Origin: Eledone cirrhosa
Taxonomy: Eukaryota
DNA: 64,000 nt
Direction of reading: 5' to 3'
Assembly: GCA_964016885.1 (NCBI GenBank)
Contig: OZ024740.1
Span: 404,116,001 to 404,180,000, forward strand
The notes beneath the pieces are model-generated. The model was not told where the DNA came from, ran no database searches, and saw only the letters and a list, made by a program, of their open reading frames with translations. Positions within the stretch are counted from its first letter, which is position 1; every line of letters starts with the position of its first letter. Both the position numbers and the translations under genes were made by a program. This document shows, one piece after another, positions 1 to 15,078 of the stretch.

Positions 1-52
<52 letters not shown>

Positions 53-966
53 CATATAGATATATACATACATACATATACATACATACATACATACACA
101 CACACCCACACATATATATATTCATATGTTTATATGAACGAACAATAAACCTGTCAAATACAACTCACTACGCCCCACATGGAAGAAAAATAAATTTGTA
201 TTTAACGTACTCATATCACACTCATTTCTAATCTGGTAAACACGGCTAACAGCACATTACCAGCTTGTACCAATCGACACTAGGAACAATATTCTTCTTA
301 TCAACACCGATTGAATAACGTACAATACCAGAATAAAACTGCGGCAGACATGTGTTTTACATCCTTATAATAGAAGTATATGAAAACTTGTACTGTATGT
401 TTATATATGATACAATATGGTATCTGCTTTCATATATACCACTATTGTGCTTAACACTATCGTGGAGCTACTACCAATTAATTATAACCAACCAAATTCA
501 AATTATATGCAAATTAGCATTTAGAGCCGATGTTTTCTATTTGCTATATGCAAATAAGCATCGCAGGCAAATGTTCATCATGCCAAATTTATATAGGTTT
601 TAGACTGATTTTATTTCAGTAACGATTGGGGGATTGTCACTGTGTGACTAACGAACCTTGAAACAACTCTATGGCATTCTTGACGGCCACTGGGATATCT
701 GTGACATGTTCCCTGAACAAAAGAAAGAAAAATAATTTATTGCATATGAACATATAGTATATGCTTTCATATACACTCTCAATGTGCTTAACACTATCTT
801 AGAGCCAATCTCAATTATTCATATAATTATATTCATTTTTACATTACTCTAAAAGCGGTGTTTAGTTCATGAATAAGTAGTGTACATACACACTGAAGCA
901 CACATACAGATATACACATGGCTGACTCAATAAGCACGTGTGTTTTTCCCCATTATTTTTTCTCAT

Positions 967-1108
967 AGAGTTACGTCCCTTTACGATCTGAGTTCAAATC
1001 CCGCCGAGGTTGACTTTTGCCTTTCATCCTTACCGGGTCGATGAAATAAAGTACCAGTAATGCACTGGGTAATTACTGGTCTTGTGCCTAAAGTGGAAAC
1101 AATTATTT
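967..1108 (+). mobile_element. 5'-truncated tRNA-derived SINE (octopod-type)
   Basis: B-box GAGTTCAAATCC, core gccgaggttgacttttgcctttcatccttaccgggtcga, tail gtgcctaaagtggaaacaattatt; shared with many other copies in the window. Confidence 0.8.
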
Positions 1109-1179
1109 TTTCTCATTTCCTCCGTTCCTTCCTTTTCTCACTCTTTATCTTTCTATTTTATTTTCTATTTCTAACACTA

Positions 1180-1215
1180 TCTTCAGATGAAAGACTAGTG
1201 ACCGAAACGTTAAGA
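1180..1215 (+). ncRNA. degenerate minimal hammerhead ribozyme (family of 8108 and 15234)
   Basis: tctt-CAGATGA-aagactagtgacc-GAAA-cg-TT-aaga; core U>A mutation and damaged stem II. Confidence 0.5.
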
Positions 1216-1822
1216 CTCTTTTCCTGCTATTTCAAGCGTTAACTTACTATATTTCTTCAATGTACTGTGTCTTTTGTTTGTTATTTCTGTTTCCCTTTTA
1301 AATACACACACACACACACGCGCGCGCATATTGTATAAATATGTATTCATGAATACTGATATTTACATTATAATACCTAATTCATAAAATTGATAATTCA
1401 AATGGATGAGACATAATATATTTTTAATATATTTTAAATATATCATCTTTCTTTCTTTTTCTCCTATACACTGGGCGTGATTTATGTGTCGGCTAGCTTA
1501 ACTGTATCCCTTCCCTCCTTAACCTCTCACATATACGATGATCATCTGTCCAAAAGCTGCCTACTATATTTTTTCACTTCCTCAATGTATTTCTCTCTCC
1601 CATATCTCCTTGTCTCTCTATCTCGCTCTGTTGTTTTTCTTTACATACATCTCTTCATCTTCTTTTTTTATTTACATACATCTCTTCATCTTCTTCTTCT
1701 CATCTTCGTTTTTCTTTCTATATAACTGTCATAACAGTTTCACTACCAAATCAACTTTTTAAATGGAAGTTGCATTATTATAAGGTATGTCAAAAATTAT
1801 TTATAAAACAGCATATGTATTG

Positions 1823-1888
1823 TATTTTGTCTGAGGAAGGCATACCATATTTTTAATATGATATCCCAGAAATATATATAACGAAATA
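1823..1888 (+). ncRNA. type I hammerhead ribozyme
   Basis: stem I attttgt/acgaaat; CTGAGGA at 1831; stem II gg..catat/atatg..cc; GAAA at 1869; palindromic stem III tatata; TA cleavage site. Confidence 0.7.
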
Positions 1889-2061
1889 AATATGGTTTTA
1901 TAAATATAGTTTCCATTTGTTTAATATCGTAAACCTACTCCAGAAACTGTTGAGTGTTTTTATATCAGTTATAAAATATTTACTCGTTTATTTACTCGTT
2001 GTAACCCAACAATCTTAAATAAAACTTTTGCATATGTATATATATATATATATATATATAA

Positions 2062-2414
2062 AAACACTGTACGGCGTAATTCGGGCTGTTTGTTTGTTTA
2101 CAAACAAACAAACCGAGCATTATAATAAATGTTCGGTAAACCGATACGTGCATATATATATGTGTGCATGTATGTATATATATATACATACTACTGTGCG
2201 TCTGTATACATATACGTATGTACGTATACATACATACATACTTACATTTAAGTAAGTGCCGTACTAAGAGTGAGAAATGAAATTTCGTTTCATTCTATTC
2301 CATTTATCGTTTTCGGTGCGCCCAGCCGACTGAACTCACTCGATATGCATAAGGAAAGTATATACTTTCAGACGTTCAACCATCTGGCAGGAAGGTATAC
2401 GATGCTGACGATAG

Positions 2415-2418
<4 letters not shown>
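2062..2418 (+). mobile_element. permuted copy of a ~430-bp hammerhead-bearing unit (see 56624-57200), in (TA)n
   Basis: high similarity to the reverse complement of 56624-57200; ends inside the ribozyme (CTGACGA-tagct at 2405). Confidence 0.75.
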
Positions 2419-2468
<50 letters not shown>

Positions 2469-2600
2469 TATATATATATAACTATATATATATATATATA
2501 GTTATATATATATATAACTATATATATAGTTATATATATAGTTATATATATATATATATATATATATAGCAACACCAAAGCCATTGTATATGCGGCTAAA

Positions 2601-3002
2601 GTGACAACCATCAGCAACAACCATCCAGCCACCAGTGAACGATATGTGGGTATGACGCAAGACAGATTCAAAACGCGTTATTACTCACATGTCGCATCCT
2701 TTCGACATCCAGAAAAAAGATTTACAACAGCTCTGGCTAGCAGAATTTGGGATTTGAAAGACCAAGGCATCCAATATAAACTAGATTGGTCAATTTTGAA
2801 CCAATCTAAAAAATATGCTAGAGGAACAAGAAAATGCACGTTCTGCATAAATGAAAAATTTTGGATATTGCAAAATCTAAAATCACCAAAGACCTGCCTG
2901 AACACAAAGACGGAAATTTTCACCAGTTGCCCACACATGAAATCACACCTGCTTTCCAGCTCATATAAACTTAACACACTTTCAGATATTTATCCTCCAT
3001 AA
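2601..3002 (+). pseudogene. GIY-YIG endonuclease C-terminal fragment of a Penelope-like element
   Basis: YVG motif, catalytic-type R (FKTRY), CxxC...LN...CxH tail. Confidence 0.85.
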
Positions 3003-3405
3003 ACTCTTATTATTCTCTTTTTAATTACCCTTTCTGACTTACTTTCATTTTTATCCTTGTCAATAATTTTATTTATTTTTACTTTTATTTTTACTTCACA
3101 TCCCCCCCCCCTTTATTCTCCGATTCACTTTCCATTTTTTACTTCCTCTTCTTTTACCTCCCTTTTTCCTCCACTAACTGATTACACTTGTCTTTTGTGT
3201 TTTTCAATCCAGATATATTTTTCATTTTCATTTTTATTTTTATTTTAATTTTATTTTTGCGCAGCCTATCTTACAATTTTATATTTGTACTTATTTATCC
3301 ACAAGTTTTTTACACCCTGTATCAATATGGCTGAACGCCTTAATGTGTGTATACTTTTATATATGTACACGAGTGACTACGTATGTGCGCGCGCGTGCGT
3401 GTATG

Positions 3406-3448
<43 letters not shown>

Positions 3449-4251
3449 GTGTGTGTGTGTGTATGTATATATTATGCGTATGTGTGTGTGTGTGTATGTA
3501 TATATTATGCGTATGTGTACGTGTCTTTATATCCGTGTTTTTGACATCTCGGTTTTATATTTTGTTCCTTTTTTCTTCTCCCCCCCCCCTTTTTATTTTT
3601 TTACTTACTCAGTTTTATGCGTGTGCATGCAAACAGGTTCATATGCGTGAGTATAAGTATGTGTGTGTGTGTGTGTACTTATCGAACGTACGGATGTGTA
3701 AGTGCGCGTGTGTATATAAGCATATATATTTTTACATTTCTTTTGTGAGACATGCGTGTCTGTGTATGTATGTACCCCTTTTTTTGTCTCCTTTTCTTTA
3801 ATTTTTTCTTTCTAAATATATTTTTTATTTTTTATTTCGAATTTATCGTTATTATATTTTTATAAATATATCGAGACTGATACTTTTCTTTTAATTATTA
3901 CACTCCCTTACCTCCTTTCTTTCCGCATCTAAGTGTACGAGTGTGCAGGCGTTTTATGCGCGCGCCTTCATATTCATATATTTATGATGTAACTATTTCT
4001 GTCTGTAGATTACAGACAGAAATATAGATACATTTGCCCTAAATTTTAGAATTACGCACACTTTCTCACTATACGTATACATGTGTGCATATACATATAT
4101 GCACATCTGTGAGCGTATATACATACATATACACACACCTAACTATATTTCTTGATAGATTTTTATATATTTCAATTTCTATTTCATTTATCTATATTCT
4201 TTTTTTTTGATTTTCTTGATGAGTTTTTCTAAGTATTTACCCATGTTTTAT

Positions 4252-4329
4252 ATTGCCTCGTCTGACGAACGAATGAGGTCGTTTATTTCGTATTCGCCTC
4301 ATTCGGGAAACCTCTGGTAATGAGGTAAT
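4252..4329 (+). ncRNA. type I hammerhead ribozyme
   Basis: 10-bp stem I attgcctcgt/atgaggtaat; CTGACGA at 4262; stem II cgaatgagg/cctcattcg; GAAA at 4307; stem III cc-tct-gg; TA site. Confidence 0.85.
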
Positions 4330-4354
4330 TATATTGTATTGATTTTTATACATT

Positions 4355-4440
<86 letters not shown>

Positions 4441-4443
<3 letters not shown>

Positions 4444-5041
4444 CTGTTTGATTTTGTTACCGTACCCCTTTTTTTTCGTATAAGCCTTTCGCTATATGTC
4501 TCTCCACCACTCCCCTACACACCTTTTGAACTCTGTTCCCACACACTTCTCACCTGAAGAAGGGCTTATGCCCGAAACGTCGTCCCCCACCTACCCCCCA
4601 CTCTCCTGAGCGTGAATTTAATAAACATTTATCGTACTGCCTCTCTGTTCTGTCCCTGTTCAATTTTTCATTATATATAACACACGCTCACACGGCTTCC
4701 ATCCTTGGAACTTAACTTAACAACCGGCTCAACCCCGATCTAATCCGCCGTGACCTTTCTCCGAACTTTACACACCTTCCCACACTTTGTCTTTCCTTCC
4801 ACGCATTACCTCTGTTTGATTTTGTTACCGTACCCCTTTTTTTTCCGTATAAGCCTTTCGCTATATGTCTCTCCACCACTCCCCTACACTCCTTTTGAAC
4901 TCTGTTCCCACACACTTCTCACCTGAAGAAGGGCTTATGCCCGAAACGTCGTCCCCCACCTACCCCCCACTCTCCTGAGCGTGAATTTAATAAACATTTA
5001 TCGTACTGCCTCTCTGTTCTGTCCCTGTTCAATTTTTCATT
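4441..5041 (+). mobile_element. tandem ~369-bp hammerhead-containing unit (1.6 copies), pLTR- or retrozyme-like
   Basis: 4441-4673 repeated near-identically at 4809-5041; CTGAAGA-a-gggc-ttat-gccc-GAAA-c-GTC at 4554 and 4923; flanked by (TA)n; a diverged relative lies at 10835-11105 (-). Confidence 0.8.
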
Positions 5042-5109
5042 ATATATATATATATATATATATTTGTTTTGCGATGTTTTTGATATGAAATTGTGTGTCG
5101 AAACAGATC

Positions 5110-5669
5110 TTGTTATACTTGGGGAGGGTCATATTGTTGTAATAATATTGCTGGAAATAATAACAGAACATACTCACTCTTTGGTTGGTTTTCGTTTCTG
5201 TATTTTTTATATCTCCACAGTTAATTCATTCGGTCGACAATGTTACCATTGACTGACCAACGGTCAAAAATACAGATATAATATAGATATAAACACATAT
5301 ATATAGTCTAAAAAAGTTCTTTCGTTGTATATCTGCAACATCGTCAATGGTGCTATTATGTTCCTCCTGATGTATTGTAGATATACAATGGCGTAGATAT
5401 ACACTACAACAGGAGGAACATAATAGCACCACTGACGATGTTGCAGATGTGCAACGAAAGAACTTTGTTAGACTATAAATATGTGTTTGTATCTATATTA
5501 TATCTGTATTTTTGACCGTTTGTCAGTCAATGGTAAACATTGAGGACCGAATGAATTAACTGTGGAGATATAAAAGATACAGAAGTGAAAACCAACCAAA
5601 CAGTGAGTGTGTTCTGTTATTAATTCCGGCATTATTATTACAACAATATGACCCTCCCCAAGTATAACA

Positions 5670-5670
<1 letters not shown>
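5110..5670. mobile_element. fold-back (palindromic) Penelope-type 3' end with hammerhead at 5432
   Basis: ~280-bp arms mirrored about ~5390; CTGACGA-t-gttgca-gatg-tgcaac-GAAA; terminus tgaccctccccaagtataacaa shared with the GIY-YIG element ending at 46969. Confidence 0.8.
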
Positions 5671-5755
<85 letters not shown>

Positions 5756-6105
5756 CTGAACAAAAATGAAAAACGAACACAGACATATATATATATGTTC
5801 AAATCGTAATGGATCAAAATCGCTAAGGTGAAAAAATACTAACTACAGACAATAGGATTTGCTAGACTCAATTTAAGAATAAATTAAGAAAAATAAATAT
5901 AAACCAGTATTGTGGTAACTGATATTATGGGTGATGGTAGTTACCACAATACTGGTTTGTATTTATTTTTCTTAATTTATTCTTAAATTGAGTCTAGCAA
6001 ATCCTATTGTCTGTAGTTAGTAATTTTTCACCTTAGCGATTTTGATCCATTAGGATTTGAACACATATATATATGTCTGTGTTCGTTTTTCCTTTTTGTT
6101 CAGTC
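5756..6105. repeat. long inverted repeat (~165-bp arms) inside a (TA)n-flanked insert
   Basis: 5756-5920 is the reverse complement of 5939-6105. Confidence 0.85.
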
Positions 6106-6188
6106 ATATACGGATCGGAAAAACCTTTTTCCTACAGCTAATTTACTGTAATTAGACTATTTTGAGTTTCTAACTCAATACATGCTTT

Positions 6189-6247
<59 letters not shown>

Positions 6248-6294
6248 AAATACAAAATATAAAACAATCAAATTTTTGCCTAATACATTTAATT

Positions 6295-6339
6295 GCTGAC
6301 GATCGTTTCTTCCAGATAATTGTCTGGAATCATCGGAGC
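6295..6339 (-). ncRNA. hammerhead ribozyme variant
   Basis: minus strand gct-CCGATGA-ttccaga-caatta-tctggaa-GAAA-cgatcg-TC-agc; one core substitution. Confidence 0.7.
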
Positions 6340-7643
6340 TTACACAATGTTTAAACAAGTAATTACATTCCTAATCTTTTGATATATTCACTTTCTGCCT
6401 TACCTCACGCATGCTTTTATTAATATTCTGTAAATTTTGCTTCATATACCTTTATTATTACACCTTTCAATGCTATGATATCTTTTTACTGTAATATGTA
6501 TTTGCTTGATATCTTTTTTCACCTGTATTACCTTTATGTATAACTTTCTCTATAATATGCTTATTATAATCATTTTAAGTAATAACCTCTTCACAACAGC
6601 TCCCAATAATTTGCTATCTGTTTACTATAATATCATTTTGTTACTCTTGATTTTCAAAATGATGTACCTGACATGATATAACGATATCACACAACATTTG
6701 ATCGGGACAACATTAGATTCTCCTGTTGGTCATGCATTGATTGGTGTTAAAATCATACCATAACAAAAAATGTGATTCGTTATATCCCACTACATTTTTA
6801 TTATGTTTGATTCGTTGAACCACGAGATCTGCACTGGTCTGTGTGGAGAAAACTTTTTAGAAAGGATGTAGCACACAACGTGTAGAAAATTTTGGAAATC
6901 TATTTATAGCAAAACCGCTTAGTAAATAATTTCATTAGATAATCGAGACTATTTTTTGCAAACCCACTTTATATTTTTTTAAGAAAGTTGTAATTCATTT
7001 TGTACGAACTAAGGTATTTTCGTTGTGCACTGTAGTGTGCATGTATATATAAAATCAATTAGGTACATATTCAGATCATTGTTATAATTTTCCCTATAGA
7101 ATAAGATTTGTACAGTGTTCCTCAATTTTATAAATTTTGAATATTTGACAATATGTGTGTATATATATTTACATAACTGTATGTATGTATTTGCGTGCGC
7201 AGTGTATATGCACACATACATATACATGTTTGTGTGCATGGTGGTTGTCTGTGTGCAGACGTAGTTGTGTATAATCATGTGCTTGTGAGGGGTGTAGGGC
7301 AAGTATATAACAATAATGAAGCAATCTAAGTTCTGCTGCACTGAGTGGAGAAGGAGGAAACCTATTCAAAATATTTAATGAGATGAGAATGTTTTGTCTA
7401 TTTTTCTATATTTAACTATGTATGTATAAATGCAAGCATATTCGTGTGTTTAAGAAGTTCGCTTCTACTATATCTGTGGTTGGCCAATTCCTCGTGAATG
7501 GAATTTGGTAGACGAAAACTGCAGATGCCTGTCATATATATATATAAATGAAGTATTTCCGTCGGAAAGGTACAGGAAAAAAGAATGCTCTATGTAGGCT
7601 ACAGAGCTTATTAGTTATGTAATAAACAACATAAGATAATTAT

Positions 7644-7705
7644 TTCATTTACCAGTGGTTTCTTGAAGGCAGATATTTATATCTGTCTTCAGTCGTCAGA
7701 ATGAA
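7644..7705 (-). ncRNA. type I hammerhead ribozyme
   Basis: minus strand ttcatt-CTGACGA-c-tgaag-acagata-taaa-tatctg-c-cttca-a-GAAA-cca-c-tgg-TA-aatgaa. Confidence 0.85.
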
Positions 7706-7723
7706 TTTAAAAAAAAGAGATGT

Positions 7724-7758
<35 letters not shown>

Positions 7759-7817
7759 CATAGATATATATATATTATGTATATATATATATATATATAA
7801 TATATATATATATATAT

Positions 7818-8230
<413 letters not shown>

Positions 8231-8246
8231 ATACATACATATATAT

Positions 8247-8772
8247 ATAAGTTAAAGATGTACATCCACATATGTATACTGAAATACTAGTATGTATATG
8301 AATACACACACGTATACATATGTAGATGTACCAAGTTTTTTTCACTGGTCACTTTACTTTCGTTTCGTTATTTGTTTTTATCGTCTCTGTTGAACCGGTA
8401 CTTACTCACACTCTATGCAAATTAGTCTGCCCACTACTAATTTTCATAGAAAAAGCATATAACGATATGTGCTTTTACGATTCTCTAGAGGCCGGAAGAT
8501 AGGTAAATATTGCTGATGAGTTGTAACAACAACGAAACTAGTTCAATATTCCTTGTCTGGCTTTCTGGAGAATAGAGGAAAGGTGTTTCCTCAAAAACCA
8601 GTATGACTCTAAAAACCGGTTTGTCTGTGTGTTTACATACAGAATAGCTGGCCACTCACAGTAAAGTGACCAGTGAAAAAAACTTGGTACATCTACATAT
8701 GTATACGTGTGTGTATTCATATACATACTAGTATTTCAGTATACATATATGGATGTACATCTTTAACTTAAT
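8247..8772 (+). mobile_element. hammerhead-bearing short element with an inverted partial duplication
   Basis: 8247-8355 is the reverse complement of 8662-8770; second copy at 11160-11540 (-). Confidence 0.8.
8506..8550 (+). ncRNA. type I hammerhead ribozyme
   Basis: aatattg-CTGATGA-gttgt-aaca-acaac-GAAA-ctag-TT-caatatt. Confidence 0.9.
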
Positions 8773-8840
8773 TGTTTAAGCCTCAGTCATACAAAAGTGA
8801 GTTACAAACGGAGCGAAATTTAATTTCGTTTCGTTATTTG

Positions 8841-8965
<125 letters not shown>

Positions 8966-9113
8966 AAAAAATATATATTTATATATAAATATATATTTTT
9001 TTTTTAAAAGACTCCAGTTGCATTTTCGATTTCAGCTTTTTTCTTTATACTTTCACTCGTGTAGGACATCTCGGATTTTTTTCATTTTGAAAAGAACCTC
9101 ACTTTCTAATATA

Positions 9114-10613
<1,500 letters not shown>

Positions 10614-10719
10614 ATTTTCTCCGGAATATAATTTATACTCGTTGAGCAAACCTGCACGTACGCTGTTCATCTCTAACGTAACGATATATTATCACTACAT
10701 TATTGATTTGATAACCTGA

Positions 10720-10841
<122 letters not shown>

Positions 10842-11103
10842 GGAACGGGAACAAAACAGAGAGGCAGTGCAAACAAAGGTTTATTAGTTTCACGCTCTTG
10901 GGAGTGAGGGGGGGGGGCGTGTCAGACGTAAGCCCTTCTTCAGGCGAAAAGCAGGTGGGAAGAGAGTTACGAGAGTGTGTAGGGGAGTGGAGGAGAGACA
11001 TTTAGAAAAAAGGGGGGCGTGGATGGGGTACAAATAAATATTAAAAAAATAAAAATAGAAATAAACATGAAGATAAACAAGTGGTGGAAGGGTGTGGGGC
11101 GTG

Positions 11104-11162
<59 letters not shown>

Positions 11163-11384
11163 AATTAAGTTAAAAGTGTACATCCACATATGTATACTGA
11201 AATACTAGTATGCATATAAATACACACACGTATACATATGTACATGTACCGAGTTTTTCACTGGACACTTTACTGTGAGTGTCCAGCTAGTCTGTATGTA
11301 ACCAAACAGACAAACCGGTTTTTAGAGTCATACTGGTTTTCAAGGAAACACCTTTCCTCTATTCTCCAGAGAGCCAGACAGGAA

Positions 11385-11425
11385 TATTGGACTAGTTTCG
11401 ATGTTATTACATCTCATCAGCAATA
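11385..11425 (-). ncRNA. type I hammerhead ribozyme (paralog of 8506)
   Basis: minus strand tattg-CTGATGA-gatgt-aata-acatc-GAAA-ctaG-TC-caata; compensatory stem II change relative to 8506. Confidence 0.9.
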
Positions 11426-11538
11426 ATAACCCATCCTCCGGCCCCTCTAGAGAATCGTAAAAGCACATATCGTTATATGCTTTTTCTATGAAAATTAGTA
11501 GTGGGCAGACTAATTTGCATAGAGCGTGAGTACGCACC

Positions 11539-11575
<37 letters not shown>

Positions 11576-11578
<3 letters not shown>

Positions 11579-11883
11579 CCGACCTTACCCAATTACACCT
11601 CTCAAAGGCAATGACACACGACCGTGACCTCTGGCGTCACGCAGTAATACAGAGTACCCGACCTCCCATGGGTACAAGCTGAAGCATATAGACAATATGC
11701 CCCCACACCCCCCACCGCAAGGTGGTCGTGGAGGTTCCACGGCAAAAAAGCACCCAGCCCACACTGTAAAGTCGACGTGTAGGCGCCACGAAAAAGCACC
11801 CAGCAGTCGTCTAACCCAGCACCCCGTCTAACCCATGCTAGCGTGGAAGAACGGACGTAAAACGGTAATGATGATGATGATGA

Positions 11884-11886
<3 letters not shown>
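11576..11886 (+). mobile_element. 3' end of an RTE-type LINE with (GAT)n tail
   Basis: translates KADLTQLHLSKAMTHDRDLWRHAV (RTE C-terminal DR..WR motif); tail aacccatgctagcgtggaagaacggacgtaaaac(gat)n. Confidence 0.65.
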
Positions 11887-11926
<40 letters not shown>

Positions 11927-12216
11927 ATATTAGATGATTCAGAAGATTTGTGGTTTACTGAGGAAGGTACGAATATTAGCACTCTATGCTATAGCATAGT
12001 GTATATATTAAGAACGTTTGACAGATGGATGGCTCAGTATCCATATAAGTATTTTAGACCCGACTTCCAGCCCCAATTTACTCATCAGACTTCTTTTTAA
12101 TAAAGCAAAACCTGAGCCACCCATCTGTGAAACGTTCGTAACTGAGCCTAATCAATAAAAGCCTCAATGTGAAACATCATTTTGTTCTTCTTAATATATT
12201 ATATATTATATTATAA

Positions 12217-12312
<96 letters not shown>

Positions 12313-12321
12313 ATACATACA

Positions 12322-12910
12322 TGGTGGCTGCCAACTCGTTTTCGAGTACGGCCACTACTTTATATCCATGTAGGAGAACCCCTACCGATGCGCTGAACGA
12401 GTGTGGCTTTTTAGTCCAGCCAGCGACTTGAAAACTCTGGTACAAACACTACACTTGTGACAATTATTGACACATAGTGCTGTGCCCATGGTACCATGTG
12501 ACGACAAGTGCAGAGAGATCTCCAGATATAAAGCAATGCCTGTGCCGTGAAGCTTTTATAGTGAGCAAAGGCACTGGAAAAAATCGGCTGTTCAGATCTG
12601 GAGAGGAGATGGGCTCCACCATCTTTTAAAAAAGATCAAGACATGCCCTGTCACTACAGCGCCCATATGATTCCACCAGGAGTTACGAGTTCAACCGTCC
12701 ATCCATCAATCTATACATACATAGATACATGGTGGCTGCCAGCTCGTTTTCGAGTACGGCCACTACTTTATATCCATGTAGGAGAACCTCTACCGATGCG
12801 CTGAACGAGTGTGACTTTTTAGTCCAGCCAGCGACTTGAAAACTCTGGTACAAACACTACACTTGTGACAATTATTGACACCTAGTGCTGGGCCCATGGT
12901 ACCATGTGAT
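12322..12910 (-). mobile_element. two partial copies of the ~610-bp non-autonomous element joined by a ~155-bp foreign segment (12572-12729)
   Basis: match to 13477-14088; the middle segment matches 54907-55062 in reverse complement. Confidence 0.8.
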
Positions 12911-12989
12911 CCAAGGTGTCGTGTGAAATCACTACTCGACCTGCATACCTTTCCACGAACATTACATATAGTCGTCTGATGAACAGTTA

Positions 12990-13403
12990 TAGCTCAACAG
13001 GTGCCTGCTTCCCAGTTCTTATGCACTCTCAGGTGACTCTTTAGACCTGCCATGCTCAGACAAACCCTATTACAGGTCTCACATGTCTGGAAGGATGTGA
13101 TGGTTGTGATGGTTGTTTTGTACAAGCGAAAGGGAGACAGGGAGAAAGGGAGAAAGGGAGACAGGAAACTATCGTGGGATATCACTGTTGTCTGTTATCG
13201 GCAAAGTTCTCTGTAGAAATCTGTTGGACCGTTTATTGCTCCACATTGTTGATGAAGCTCTACCAGAGTCGCAATCGGTCTTTCGGGCTGGGCGTGGCAC
13301 TGTGGACATGATCTTTACAGCCAGACAACTGCAGGAAAAGTGTGTTGAGCAGAATGTGGATCTCTGCCAGGTGTTTGTTGATCTGACAAAGGCGTTTGAG
13401 ATC
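12990..13403. pseudogene. rearranged RTE LINE fragments: C-terminal C2H2 finger (-) and RT segment (+)
   Basis: CETCNRVCLSMAGLKSHLRVH; NYRGISLLSVIGKV..PESQ..FRAGRGTVDMIF..RQLQEK..FVDLTKAF. Confidence 0.85.
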
Positions 13404-13476
13404 ATTCATACATACATACATACATACATACATACATACATACATACATACATACATACATACATACATACATACA

Positions 13477-14088
13477 TGGTGGCTGCCAACTCGTTTTCGA
13501 GTACGGCCACTACTTTATATCCATGTCGGAGAACCACTACCGATGCGCTGAACGAGTGTGACTTTTTAGTCCAGCCAGCGACTTGAAAACTCTGGTACAA
13601 ACACTACACTTGTGACAATTATTGACACATAGTGCTGGGCCCATGGTACAACCATGTGACGACAAGTGCAGAGAGATCTCCAGATATAAAGCAATGCCTG
13701 TGCCGTGAAGCTTTTATAGTGAGCAAAGGCACTGCACAAAGCCAGTCCCACTCTCTTAACCAAGATGATATTTACCAAAGAGAAGAACAAGTCAACATCA
13801 TTGGATACCATCAGGGTTGCAGGTGTTATATCAGAGTTTTCCTTCTCTTAGAATTCTGCCTTGACAAAGGCTAAGGGGTCATCTCTCCCGGTGATTTTGG
13901 ATGGCCATTGACACTTAAGAGCTCCTTTGCCCTTTGACAGGTTTTGTTTTTAGTCCTGCAGGATGTCCAAAGTCACCCTCCTCACCAAGAAACCTTGGTG
14001 GGGTTGCCAGTTTAGTCGCCAACGACCCGACCATGAGACAGGTTGTACTGGGATACATGTTACCAGTAGCACCAACTGGTGACCTGAC
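13477..14088 (-). mobile_element. ~610-bp non-autonomous RTE-type element with (TATG)n tail
   Basis: full copies also at 14166-14764, 15366-15948 and 54296-54906(+); 3' hairpin ctcgaaaacgag followed by ggcagccacc(atgt)n, resembling RTE 3' ends. Confidence 0.8.
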
Positions 14089-14165
14089 ATACATACATAC
14101 ATACATACATACATACATACATACATACATACATACATACATACATACATACATACATACATACA

Positions 14166-14764
14166 TGGTGGCTGCCAACTCGTTTTCGAGTACGGCCACT
14201 ACTTTATATCCATGTAGGAGAACCCCTACCGATGCGCTGAACGAGTGTGACTTTTTAGTCCAGCCAGAGACTTGAAAACTCTGGTACACTTGTGACAATT
14301 ATTGACACACAGTGCTGGGCCCATGGTACCATGTGATGACAAGTGCAGAGAGATCTCCAGATATAAAGCAATGCCTGTGCCGTGAAGCTTTTATAGTGAT
14401 CAAAGGCACTGCACAAAGCCAGTCCCACTCTCATAACCAAGATGATATTTACCAAAAAGAAGAACAAGTCAACATCATTGGATGCCATCAGGGTTGCAGG
14501 TGTTATATCAGAGTTTTCCTTCTCCTAGAATTCTGCCCTGACAAAGGCTAAGGGGTCATCTCTCCCGTGATTTTGGATGGCCATTGACTCTTAAGAGCTC
14601 CTTTACCCTTTGACAGGTTTTGTTTTTAGTCCTGCAGGATGTCCAAAGTCACCCTCCTCACCAAGAAACCTTGGTGGGGTTGCCAGTTTAGTTGCCAACG
14701 ACCCGACCATGAGACAGGTTGTACTGGGATACATGTTACCCGTAGCACCAACTGGTGACCTGAC
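14166..14764 (-). mobile_element. tandem copy of the ~610-bp element
   Basis: near-identical to 13477-14088, separated by (TACA)n. Confidence 0.85.
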
Positions 14765-14779
14765 ATAAATACATACATA

Positions 14780-15078
14780 CCTGATGCCCCCCCCCCTCGT
14801 TATCGAGTATGGCCATTGCACGATATAGCATTATTAATAATTATCAATTAATGCTATCATGCAATACCTGTGCAGGGAAGATTTTATATTAAAGTGGGGA
14901 AAGACTGTGCACTGAGCCAATCCCACTCTTTGAGTGACAGTAGCTATAACCTGAAAAGAAGAAAAGATCAACATCATCGGTAACTAGTGAGCCGCAGATT
15001 TTATGTCGGAGTTAACGCAGTTTTCTGAGTTGCCTTCTCCTTGAAGAATGCCCTGACAAAGGCTAGGGGTACATCATC
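14780..15078 (-). mobile_element. related ~300-bp RTE-derived SINE-like element
   Basis: similar to 39065-39390(+) and 52945-53290(+); shares ccctagcctt..gagaagg..ataaaa.ctgc and the ctcg..cgag tail. Confidence 0.65.

Larger units (their letters stand above)
2570..4358 (+). mobile_element. 5'-truncated Penelope-like element: GIY-YIG endonuclease end, long 3' UTR, terminal hammerhead
   Basis: IVYAAKV..ERYVGMTQDRFKTRYYSH..CTFCINEK..LNTKTEIFTSCPH; ribozyme at 4252; (TA)n on both sides. Confidence 0.85.

Noticed and set aside
8410-8480. SECIS element (selenoprotein-encoding Penelope-type elements exist)
   Set aside because: Hairpins are present but lack the AUGA/GA quartet geometry, and there is no linked in-frame UGA ORF
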